Assembly: GCA_014729085.1 (NCBI GenBank)
Contig: WJKM01000009.1
Location: 126,590-190,589, forward strand
DNA from: Candidatus Dojkabacteria bacterium
Lineage (GTDB): Bacteria; Patescibacteriota; Dojkabacteria; B142; WJKM01
Direction of reading: 5' to 3'
Length of the DNA stretch: 64,000 bases
Shown here: positions 10,904 to 19,670 of the stretch, piece after piece
Position numbering within the stretch: the first letter of the stretch is position 1
Layout: every line of letters begins with the position of its first letter
Program-made: the position numbers and the translations under genes
The notes under the pieces: model-generated
The model's database searches: none
What the model was told of the DNA's origin: nothing
The model's input: the letters and a program-made list of their open reading frames with translations, nothing else

Positions 10904-11365
10904 ATGTTTTGTCCATATTGCCATAGTGAGGAGACAAGAGTTGTTGATAAAAGAGATAATTCAGAAACGGGAGTTACAAGAAGACGAAGAGAATGTCTTT
11001 CATGCTCGAAAAGGTTCACAACTTATGAAAGAATTGAGTCAATTCCTCTTAATGTAGAAAAACGAAATGGAAATGTTGATGAATTTAATAGAGAGAAGTT
11101 AAAGAAATCAATTCTAAAAGCGGTTCGCAAAAGAGGAATAAAAGAAGAGGTTTTAGAGGATCTTATTGAAGATATTGAGTTGAAATTATTAAATAGAAAA
11201 AAAACAGTGATTAAAACTTCAGATATTGGAAAGATGGTTTTAACAAGACTTAAAAGGATAGATAAAGTTGCATACCTTAGGTATTCATCGGTTTATAATG
11301 ATTTTAATAGTGTTGATGACTTCATTAATGAAATTAATTTATTAAATGAAAATAATGGAAGATAG
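10904..11365 (+). CDS. nrdR: transcriptional repressor NrdR (Zn-ribbon plus ATP-cone)
   Basis: MFCPYCHSEETRVVDKRD...CLSCSKRFTTYERIE zinc ribbon followed by an ATP-cone; 153 aa. Confidence 0.85.
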   Translation: MFCPYCHSEETRVVDKRDNSETGVTRRRRECLSCSKRFTTYERIESIPLNVEKRNGNVDEFNREKLKKSILKAVRKRGIKEEVLEDLIEDIELKLLNRKKTVIKTSDIGKMVLTRLKRIDKVAYLRYSSVYNDFNSVDDFINEINLLNENNGR

Positions 11366-11813
11366 TTTTCATTTAGGGATCAAGGCATTAATTCTAAATC
11401 AAGAAAATGAACTTTTATTATTAAAAGTAAATAAGGAATTACTTAGAGGAAGTAAAAATGACTCTTACTGGGATATACCGGGTGGAAGAATTCAGAAAGG
11501 AGATACTATAGAATCTACAATCAAAAGAGAGGTTAAAGAAGAAACAGGATTAGAAATAAAAGAAATACAATTTTATGATATGGCAATTTCGAATATTAGA
11601 ATACCTGTTGGAGATACGGATGTAGGATTAATTTTGGCTGTATATACATGTAAATGTATAAATAATAAAGAACGAATAAAATTAAGTAGAGAACATGTCG
11701 ATTTTGGATTTTTTAACATCACACAATCTTCGAAATTACTTCAAGTAAAATACCCAAAAAATTTCACGAAAAAAGTAGAAAATTTGCACAATTTTTTTGA
11801 ACAAAAGAATTGA
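11346..11813 (+). CDS. NUDIX hydrolase
   Basis: Nudix box GGRIQKGDTIESTIKREVKEETGL; overlaps the nrdR stop by 20 nt (operon). Confidence 0.75.
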   Translation: MKIMEDSFHLGIKALILNQENELLLLKVNKELLRGSKNDSYWDIPGGRIQKGDTIESTIKREVKEETGLEIKEIQFYDMAISNIRIPVGDTDVGLILAVYTCKCINNKERIKLSREHVDFGFFNITQSSKLLQVKYPKNFTKKVENLHNFFEQKN

Positions 11814-11862
11814 AAATAATTAATTTGAGCATTTAATCTTCAAATTTTTTCTTTGTTTGACA

Positions 11863-11912
11863 ACACAACATATTGTTGTTATCTTAATTAAGAACCCCAA
11901 CGAATTGTGTTG
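11863..11912 (+). promoter_or_regulatory. candidate tandem NrdR boxes upstream of nrdJ
   Basis: ACACAACATATTGTTGT (11863-11879) and CCAACGAATTGTGTTG (11897-11912), centres ~33 bp apart. Both resemble the NrdR-box consensus acaCwAtATaTwGtgt; nrdR is adjacent. Confidence 0.4.
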
Positions 11913-12088
11913 AACAGTTAATTTAAAATAAGGTTGATGGTGCACTATTAGCTATTTTACGTAGCTATTTAAGCTCCTCAAATCTGTCCCTTAAGCAGAA
12001 AATAAAACACGAATTCCAAAGGGTTCAAATCAAACACAATAGTTATTTATAAAATAAATTTATTTATTATTTATTTAATTTTGCTGCC

Positions 12089-15000
12089 ATGCCAAATAGT
12101 TCTAGAATTAGTGAAAAAGATGTTCAAATAAGAGAAAAACAAAATTTAGGTAATAAGGGGTTGAAAATAAACAGAAAATTTACAAAAAATGGAAATGATA
12201 TATATGAAAATATCAATTTTGAATTCCGAACCTCAAAAATTACAGATTCCGACGGTTCAGTGATCTTCGAAATGAACAATGTAGAAGTTCCATCGTTTTG
12301 GTCACAAGTTGCAACTGATATTCTAGCTCAGAAATATCTAAGAAAAAAAGGAGTTCCTCAAAAAGACGAAGAAGGGAATATAAAAAAGGATAGTGAGGGT
12401 AATCCTATCCTCGGCTCCGAAAATTCTATCAAGCAAATAGCTTATAGATTAGCAGGAACATGGAGACACTGGGGAGAAAAATTTGGTTACTTTGATACTG
12501 AGGATGATGCACAAGCTTTTCAAGAGGAGGTACAATGGATGATTGTCAATCAAATGGCCGTTCCCAATAGCCCTCAATGGTTTAATACCGGATTAGCTTG
12601 GGCATATGGAATAAAAGGAAATGCACAAGGCCATTTCTATGTAGATCCTAAAACAGGTAAGGTAAAAAAATCTAAAGATGCTTATACTCATCCTCAACCC
12701 CATGCATGTTTTATCCAAAATATCGAAGATGACTTGGTAAACGAAGGAGGTATTTTCGATTTGATACTTAAAGAGGCCAGACTTTTTAAATATGGTTCTG
12801 GAACAGGAACAAATTTTTCAAAAATCAGAGGTAAGGGAGAGAAATTATCTGGTGGTGGAGAATCTTCTGGATTAATGAGTTTCTTAAAAGTCTTAGATGC
12901 GGGCGCAGGTTCAATTAAATCAGGAGGTACAACCAGAAGAGCTGCAAAGATGGTAATTCTAGATGTAGATCATCCCGAAATAGAAACTTTTATCGAATGG
13001 AAGGTTAAAGAGGAATATAAAGTAGCTTCACTTGTAGCGGGTTCTCACATTAATCATCATTGTTTAAATAATATTGTAAAATCAGCATCTGAAAATGGAA
13101 TAGATCCTGATCAAAATCCTGAGCTAAAAAAGTATATTAAGGAGGCTAAAGACAAGTTTGTGCCTTTGAATTATATTAAGAAGGTACTTATGCTTGTTGA
13201 GAATGGTATGAAGCCTGAAGATTTTACTTTTGATAAGTATAATACTGATTTTAGATCAGAAGCATATTCAACAGTTGATGGACAAAATTCAAATAATTCC
13301 GTAAGAGTAACTAATGATTTTATGCAGGCAGTGGAAGAAGATAAGAAGTGGAATCTTATTAAGCGGACAAATAATAAAGTATACAAATCAATTAATGCTC
13401 AAGAATTATGGAATAAGATTGTTTATTCTGCATGGGCAAGCGCAGATCCTGGATTGCAGTTCCATACAACCGTTAATGATTGGCATACATGTCCAAAAGA
13501 TGGTGAAATTAGAGCAAGTAATCCTTGTTCTGAATACATGTTTCTTGATGAAACAGCATGTAATTTGTATCAAATAAATTTAGGGAAATTTTATAACGAA
13601 GAGGATGGGGAATTTGATATTGAAAAATTTAGACATACTGTAAGACTTTCAACAATAATCCTGGAAATTTCTGTTTTAATGTCGCAGCTTCCAAGTAAAT
13701 CTATGGCAGAAAAAACTTATAAATATAGAACACTTGGACTTGGATTTTCGAATTTAGGTTCGTTACTAATGCGTATGGGATATCCTTATGATAGTAAAGA
13801 AGGATTCGGAACTACTGGAGCTATTTCCGCCATTATGACAGGAGAAGCATACGCGACATCTGCAGAGATGGCAAAAATATTAGGTACTTTTGAACGATAT
13901 AAGAAAAATAAAGAAGATATGCTTAGAGTTATAAGAAATCATAGAAGAGCTGCATACAATGTAGATACTACAGAATACGAACAATTACATATCTTACCAA
14001 AGGGTCTTGATAAAGAATATGTTTCTGAAGATATGTATTATAAAGCTCAGGAAGCTTGGGATTATGCATTAATGCTAGGTGAAAAATACGGGTATAGAAA
14101 CGCACAGGTAAGTTGTCTTGCACCAACAGGGACAACTGGTTTAGTTATGGATTGTGATACAACTGGTCTTGAACCAGATTTTGCATTAGTCAAATTCAAA
14201 AAATTAGTAGGAGGTGGATATTTTAAGATTATGAATCAATCAATAAAGCCTGCGTTAAAGAAATTGGGCTATTCTCAAGAACAGATAAAAAAAATAATAG
14301 AATATGCAGTAGGCACACAGACATTTGAAGGTGCCCCTCATATTAATTCGAAAACCTTGAAATCTAAAGGTTTTACTGATGAAATCATTGAAAAGATTGA
14401 AAAATTACTCCCTACAGTTTTTGAAATTAAATATGCGTTTAACAAATGGTCTTTAGGAGAAGATTTTTGTAAAAACGAATTAAATATTTCAGATGAAAAA
14501 TTTCAGGATCCTGAGTTTAATATTCTTGAATATCTCGGTTTTACTGAGAAACAAATTAAAGAAGCAGATGAGATTATTTGTGGAATTATGACTTTAGAAG
14601 GGGCGCCTCACTTAAAAGATGAGCATCTACCAGTATTTGACTGCGCAAATAAATGTGGAAAAAAAGGAACTAGGTTTATCGCTACAAAAGGACATATCAA
14701 TCAAATGGCAGCTGCTCAACCCTTTTTGTCGGGAGCTATAAGCAAGACAATTAATATGCCTGAAGAAGCTAAATTAGAAGAAGTAGATGACGCATTGACT
14801 AAAAGCTGGAAATCTATGTTAAAAGCAAATGCATTATACAGGGATAGTTCAAAATTGAGTCAGCCTCTTAATACCAATGCAGATCCTAACAGCATCTATG
14901 CAGAATTGTTCAGCTTTGATGATATGGACTTTACTGCCGAGAAAAAGGTAACACCAGAAAAAGCACACGAAAAAATCAAACAAATTTCTCAACACCCACA

Positions 15001-15781
15001 AAGAAAGAAACTTCCAGATGAAAGACATAGTATTACTCATAAATTCGCAATTGCTGGCCACAAAGGTTATTTAACAGTAGGGCTTTATGAAGATGGAATG
15101 CCTGGAGAAATTTTTATTAGAATGAACAAGCAAGGTAGCATAATATCAGGTATTATGGATGCATGGGCTACATCAGTTTCATTTAGTTTACAATACGGAG
15201 TACCACTTGAAGAAATAATAAGAAAACTCGTATTTATGAGATTCGAACCAGCAGGAAGAACTCAAAATTCAGAAATACCAGTCGCACAGTCTATTATGGA
15301 CTATATTGGAAGATGGTTGGCTCTCAGATTTTTAGAGAAGGAAAAGGCCAAGAAATATCATAATGAAATGTTGGTAGAAAAATCATACGAAGAAGGAACA
15401 AATAATAGAATTTTGATTCCTTTTATAAATGGAAAAGGTCATACTGAGATAAAAAGTGACCAAATTGAGCAATTGGTTGAACAAGAGATTAAGAAAGGAC
15501 TAATGAAAAGTAAACAAAGAAAGAAGAATAATTTAGAGCAAATAGAAATGGAAATTACTGAGACAGATACTGAGGTTTCAACTACAAGCAGAAATGAAAC
15601 TCATACTCAAAAGACAAAAAGTGTTATGGTTGATATTGAAATGACCAAAGTTCAACAACAACTTGCCCTTAAGAAAAATAATGAGGATGCACCGGTTTGT
15701 GCAGAATGTGGAAGTATTACACTTAGAAACGGATCATGTTATAAATGTCCAAACTGTGGGGCGACAACAGGGTGTAGTTAA
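12089..15781 (+). CDS. nrdJ: class II (adenosylcobalamin-dependent) ribonucleotide reductase NrdJ
   Basis: SQVATDILAQKY N-terminus, active-site ACNLYQINLG and CLAPTGTTGL, C-terminal Zn ribbon CAECGS...CPNCG; 1230 aa. Confidence 0.9.
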   Translation: MPNSSRISEKDVQIREKQNLGNKGLKINRKFTKNGNDIYENINFEFRTSKITDSDGSVIFEMNNVEVPSFWSQVATDILAQKYLRKKGVPQKDEEGNIKKDSEGNPILGSENSIKQIAYRLAGTWRHWGEKFGYFDTEDDAQAFQEEVQWMIVNQMAVPNSPQWFNTGLAWAYGIKGNAQGHFYVDPKTGKVKKSKDAYTHPQPHACFIQNIEDDLVNEGGIFDLILKEARLFKYGSGTGTNFSKIRGKGEKLSGGGESSGLMSFLKVLDAGAGSIKSGGTTRRAAKMVILDVDHPEIETFIEWKVKEEYKVASLVAGSHINHHCLNNIVKSASENGIDPDQNPELKKYIKEAKDKFVPLNYIKKVLMLVENGMKPEDFTFDKYNTDFRSEAYSTVDGQNSNNSVRVTNDFMQAVEEDKKWNLIKRTNNKVYKSINAQELWNKIVYSAWASADPGLQFHTTVNDWHTCPKDGEIRASNPCSEYMFLDETACNLYQINLGKFYNEEDGEFDIEKFRHTVRLSTIILEISVLMSQLPSKSMAEKTYKYRTLGLGFSNLGSLLMRMGYPYDSKEGFGTTGAISAIMTGEAYATSAEMAKILGTFERYKKNKEDMLRVIRNHRRAAYNVDTTEYEQLHILPKGLDKEYVSEDMYYKAQEAWDYALMLGEKYGYRNAQVSCLAPTGTTGLVMDCDTTGLEPDFALVKFKKLVGGGYFKIMNQSIKPALKKLGYSQEQIKKIIEYAVGTQTFEGAPHINSKTLKSKGFTDEIIEKIEKLLPTVFEIKYAFNKWSLGEDFCKNELNISDEKFQDPEFNILEYLGFTEKQIKEADEIICGIMTLEGAPHLKDEHLPVFDCANKCGKKGTRFIATKGHINQMAAAQPFLSGAISKTINMPEEAKLEEVDDALTKSWKSMLKANALYRDSSKLSQPLNTNADPNSIYAELFSFDDMDFTAEKKVTPEKAHEKIKQISQHPQRKKLPDERHSITHKFAIAGHKGYLTVGLYEDGMPGEIFIRMNKQGSIISGIMDAWATSVSFSLQYGVPLEEIIRKLVFMRFEPAGRTQNSEIPVAQSIMDYIGRWLALRFLEKEKAKKYHNEMLVEKSYEEGTNNRILIPFINGKGHTEIKSDQIEQLVEQEIKKGLMKSKQRKKNNLEQIEMEITETDTEVSTTSRNETHTQKTKSVMVDIEMTKVQQQLALKKNNEDAPVCAECGSITLRNGSCYKCPNCGATTGCS

Positions 15782-15804
15782 ATAGAAAATTAATAATAAT
15801 CTGT

Positions 15805-15832
15805 CAACAGGAGCGCAAGCTCCTGTTTTCGT
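15805..15832 (+). terminator. rho-independent terminator after nrdJ
   Basis: ACAGGAGC-GCAA-GCTCCTGT hairpin followed by TTTTCGTT. Confidence 0.5.
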
Positions 15833-15895
15833 TGTATATAATATCTTTATTTTATAATATAATTAACAAAGAAATATTTCTTTATTTAATAAGTA

Positions 15896-17257
15896 ATGCA
15901 AGAAGTTATTCAACCAGAGAAATTGGATCAAGATTGGTTTACCCTATATGAAGAATATAGGCCTAATGAACCATATGATTACTTTTTTGGTGAAAAGGAG
16001 AAAAGAGAACAACAAAAACAAAAATTTTTAGCTGGGGAAGTAAGAAATCCAACCTTTGATTACCCAAGACTTTCAATTCCACAATTAATACAGACAGAAG
16101 AAAATTTATTAGCTTTAAAAAAGGCATTAATAGATGCAGAAGAAAACGAAATAGTTAAAGAAGCATATAGATGGAAGTTAAATTCGGAAATAATGAGTGT
16201 AAGGCTCATCATGGCATCAGCGACTGGAGATATGGAGATGTTCAAGAAATATACTGAGGCAGTATACGGAGAGCCTTCAATGGATATTTTTGCTCATTTT
16301 GTGAATAGAATACGTACTGAACTTAACCAAGATGAAGAGACAGCTAATGAAGAGTTAGCAGAAGCCATACATAATCTAAAATCGGTTCTACCTGAAGAAT
16401 TACCAAAAGCTAAAATTATTACCCTACCATCAGAGGAGGTTGTTAAAAAGGCACAAAAACAAACCTTAGATGAAATGCAAAAACTCATAGAGTTAACTCG
16501 CGATAAAAAGTATTATAGCCCGGTTGATATTCAAAAGGAGTTCAGAAGAGCAATTGAAACTCTAAATGCAGATAAATGGGATGTCGTAATTGATGATGAA
16601 ACTAATAGAACGGCTTTAGCTGTTAGTTCAAAAGATGAAAAAGTCTATGTACCAGCTAATAGAGCGACCGTTCATGATGAACTCCAGGAACTTATACTCC
16701 ATGAAATTGGTACACATGTAAAAAGAAGAGTTGAGGGAGAACGAAGTAAGTTAATGCTACTTGGAAGTGGACTTGATAGACATGAAAAAGGAGGGGAAGG
16801 TGTTGCAACTATGAGAGAACAAGCTTTACGAGGTAAAGTAAAATCATTTGCTGGTGAAGAGTTGCATTTTGCAATCTCTTTGGCTTATGGACTTGATGGC
16901 AATCCTAGGGATTTTAGGGATGTGTTTGAGGTAATGACAAAACTGTATGAATATAAATTTATAAAAAATGGAATAAATAAAAAACTTGCAAAGATCGCAG
17001 CAGAAGATAATGCGTGGAAAACATGTACTAGAGTATTTCGTGGAACTGATTGTAAAACTCCAGGCACTGCATTTACAAAAGATATTATTTACGCAAAAGG
17101 CAATATAGATATTTGGAACGTAATACAAACAAACCCAGATGAGATGATGAGATTCAGTATAGGTAAATATGATCCAGCAAACCCAAGACATGTCTGGCTT
17201 TTAGACCAGCTTGGTATAAATGAGCAAGATTTGAAAGATATGAAACCTAGATTATAA
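15896..17257 (+). CDS. hypothetical protein with HExxH motif (possible Zn-metallopeptidase-like)
   Basis: LILHEIGTHV motif; no other recognised family; 453 aa. Confidence 0.35.
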   Translation: MQEVIQPEKLDQDWFTLYEEYRPNEPYDYFFGEKEKREQQKQKFLAGEVRNPTFDYPRLSIPQLIQTEENLLALKKALIDAEENEIVKEAYRWKLNSEIMSVRLIMASATGDMEMFKKYTEAVYGEPSMDIFAHFVNRIRTELNQDEETANEELAEAIHNLKSVLPEELPKAKIITLPSEEVVKKAQKQTLDEMQKLIELTRDKKYYSPVDIQKEFRRAIETLNADKWDVVIDDETNRTALAVSSKDEKVYVPANRATVHDELQELILHEIGTHVKRRVEGERSKLMLLGSGLDRHEKGGEGVATMREQALRGKVKSFAGEELHFAISLAYGLDGNPRDFRDVFEVMTKLYEYKFIKNGINKKLAKIAAEDNAWKTCTRVFRGTDCKTPGTAFTKDIIYAKGNIDIWNVIQTNPDEMMRFSIGKYDPANPRHVWLLDQLGINEQDLKDMKPRL

Positions 17258-17511
17258 TTTCTTCTTGTTTCCCCAGGTTACATCATAGTAAAATAAATAG
17301 TTTCAAATATGAGGAATGAAGTGTGAAACTTCAGCTGTGCCGCAACGGTAATTCTATATTTTATTAGAAGAGCCCGATACTCAATTTGAGACATTAGCCC
17401 ATAAATTTATATGGCTTCTCACGAGCATGGGAAGAAAAAGTATTCTTCAAATAATAAGCATAATATTTTTTCCCTAAGCATTGTGAGATCGAATTCTAAA
17501 TATGTTTTTCT

Positions 17512-18807
17512 ATGAGTCTTTCAATAGAACATGAAGTATACAAACAAGAGGGAGATAGCTTTATTGAATATGGTTACCAAATTCAAAATAGAGCAGAATT
17601 TGCAATGTATTTAAGACAGGTGTTTGCAGGAGTAGCTGGTAACTCGATTAATTATGTAGCTGATATTGTAGATTTTCCGGTAGATGATCAAGATAAATTA
17701 AAGGAAGTAAGAGAGAATATATTTACTGCAGTTATCGAGCATCCATTTGCGGAATCGGCGAGTGAATATAGTTATGAATTAGATTGGGAAAAGGATGAGC
17801 AAGGAAATTTACGACTCAAATCTTCATTTGGTTATCTAGATGATATTTATTCAGAATCAATTGAGAATAGTTCAGGTCAAATACCTGAATTTGAAAAAGA
17901 GAGAAATAAAAAGAACAAACAATTATATGAACGATTAAAAAGATATAGAGAAGACGGTTGTTTTAAACCTGTTGTTGAATTTAGTCCTAGTCCTGATTTG
18001 ACCGACGCAGCAATTAAAAGAGGTTACAAAGGATATGATGCAATATTTATTTATGAATATAAAGATGGACAAGAGCAATTAACTCAGTATTGGTTAGATA
18101 ATGAGGATTTAAATAACTATAAAAATTTAATCCTAAAAATGTCCAGATTCAAACATTCAAAATTACCAGGCATACAAAATTTATTTGGAATTATCGAATG
18201 CAGAGATACAGATATTATGAATTGCTCTGGAGTTCTAACAGTGGAGCAATATGAGTACCTTCTTGAATTTATTGAAATGAATAAGCCTGACGTAAATTCT
18301 TATAAACACAGAGTAATTGAGTATGCGAAAACGCAGATTCAACCAAAAATAGATAGGGAAATTTTCCCAAAGGTCCAGAATTTAGCAAAAGATATAGTGA
18401 ATACTTTATTATCAGAAAATGAAATTGAGCAAAGATTGAAAGAGATAATGGATTCGATGTCCCAGATTCAGTTTGAACTGTACCTTACTGCATCATCTCA
18501 AAGAATTGATGTGGGTATTTCATTAGATGAATATCTACAACTGAGTGAAAAAGAAAAGTTAAACTGTCTTGCACGCATCGCGTATGAGTTTACTGGTTGT
18601 GGAATTTCGGAAATTATAGATATGTCAGTAGAAATTTTTGGTAATAGTTCAGGTATGTTTATGGATACCGTAAAACTTTCTTCAACTGAATGGTCAAAGG
18701 TTAGATGCAAAAACCCTAATTGTGTTGGAAATTGGTACGTAATAAATGGTAGATCTGATACTTATAAAGCTGCTTGTCCCGTTTGTGGGACTTCGATGAA
18801 GTGCTAG
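17512..18807 (+). CDS. hypothetical protein with C-terminal zinc ribbon
   Basis: 431 aa; C-terminus CKNPNCVGNW...CPVCGTSMKC; no recognised catalytic motif. Confidence 0.35.
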   Translation: MSLSIEHEVYKQEGDSFIEYGYQIQNRAEFAMYLRQVFAGVAGNSINYVADIVDFPVDDQDKLKEVRENIFTAVIEHPFAESASEYSYELDWEKDEQGNLRLKSSFGYLDDIYSESIENSSGQIPEFEKERNKKNKQLYERLKRYREDGCFKPVVEFSPSPDLTDAAIKRGYKGYDAIFIYEYKDGQEQLTQYWLDNEDLNNYKNLILKMSRFKHSKLPGIQNLFGIIECRDTDIMNCSGVLTVEQYEYLLEFIEMNKPDVNSYKHRVIEYAKTQIQPKIDREIFPKVQNLAKDIVNTLLSENEIEQRLKEIMDSMSQIQFELYLTASSQRIDVGISLDEYLQLSEKEKLNCLARIAYEFTGCGISEIIDMSVEIFGNSSGMFMDTVKLSSTEWSKVRCKNPNCVGNWYVINGRSDTYKAACPVCGTSMKC

Positions 18808-19307
18808 TTATTTAGAATTCTAGCAATAATAAATAACCAGTCCGATAACCTATTCAAATATTTATAAGATAATTTATTTATCTCTCGAGATTTTGAGAGG
18901 GTAATTACTCTTCTTTCTGTTCGTCTGCAAACCGACCTAGCATAATGTATTATTGAACTTGATTTATTCCCGTTTGGTCGGATAAAGCTTGTCAATTTTG
19001 GAAGTTTTGTGTCCCAAATGTCAATTTCAGTTTCAAGTTTATTAATATCTTCTGGTTTTAATCTTTTTTCATTCGAATCTTTAATATCAGATGATATATC
19101 AGCACCTAATATATATAAATTAGTCTGTTCTCTTTCAATTTTCTCTTTTATACTGTTTTTTTCTATAAAACATAAAGCAAGGCCTAATATTGAATTAAGT
19201 TCATCAATTGCTCCTGAAGCTTCAATTAAGGGATTATCTTTAAAAACATTTTCTCCAGAAAGAGCACTGGTTTTGCCTTGATCGCCTTTTTTAGTATATA
19301 TTTTCAC
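18804..19307 (-). CDS. PduO-type ATP:cob(I)alamin adenosyltransferase
   Basis: MKIYTKKGDQGKTSAL...ASGAIDELNS signature of PduO/MMAB family; 167 aa. Confidence 0.8.
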   Translation of the reverse strand: MKIYTKKGDQGKTSALSGENVFKDNPLIEASGAIDELNSILGLALCFIEKNSIKEKIEREQTNLYILGADISSDIKDSNEKRLKPEDINKLETEIDIWDTKLPKLTSFIRPNGNKSSSIIHYARSVCRRTERRVITLSKSREINKLSYKYLNRLSDWLFIIARILNN

Positions 19308-19489
19308 AAATTTTTTCTAAGAACTCATATATCTTATTATATCTTGGAAAGAATAAAATTTGTATTGCGTTAAATTTGTTCATATAGTAAGCTTTTATTT
19401 ACAAGGTAATACAAAATATTATTTATATTTTTACTAATCGCAAACGATTAGTCCAACAACTATATTTTCAGTTTATGGTTAAAAAATGC

Positions 19490-19620
19490 GGGGAACTCTT
19501 GTACTGGTATTAAATTAAAAGTTAGACTGACCTGCTTGCAAGTAGGTTGCCTGATTGGAGGTTGAGATAATCGGACTCATCTCACCCGAGTCGAAGAGGA
19601 GGGGGATATTTTGATTTAAA
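19490..19620 (+). ncRNA. GC-richer structured leader / candidate cis-regulatory RNA upstream of P-type ATPase
   Basis: Locally G+C-rich in an AT-rich intergenic region: GCGGGGAACUC...GAGAUAAUCGGACUCAUCUCACCCGAGUCGAAGAGGAGGGGGA. Has mutually exclusive hairpins (GAGAU/AUCUC versus GACUC/GAGUC). Class not identified. Confidence 0.25.
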
Positions 19621-19670
19621 GGCTGTATACATAGATAATATGGATTAGATTAATTTAACAAATTCAAAGA

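Noticed and set aside
12089-15781. Possible intein in the unusually long (1230 aa) NrdJ
   Set aside because: No intein splice-junction motifs (C/S…HN-C/S/T blocks) are present. The extra length is from N- and C-terminal extensions and the Zn-ribbon tail seen in many class II RNRs.
17258-17511. Possible small RNA in the 250-bp gap before ORF 17512 (hairpin GAAGT-GTGAA-ACTTC)
   Set aside because: Only a single short hairpin and no extended GC-rich or conserved structure. More likely a promoter/5'UTR of the downstream gene.
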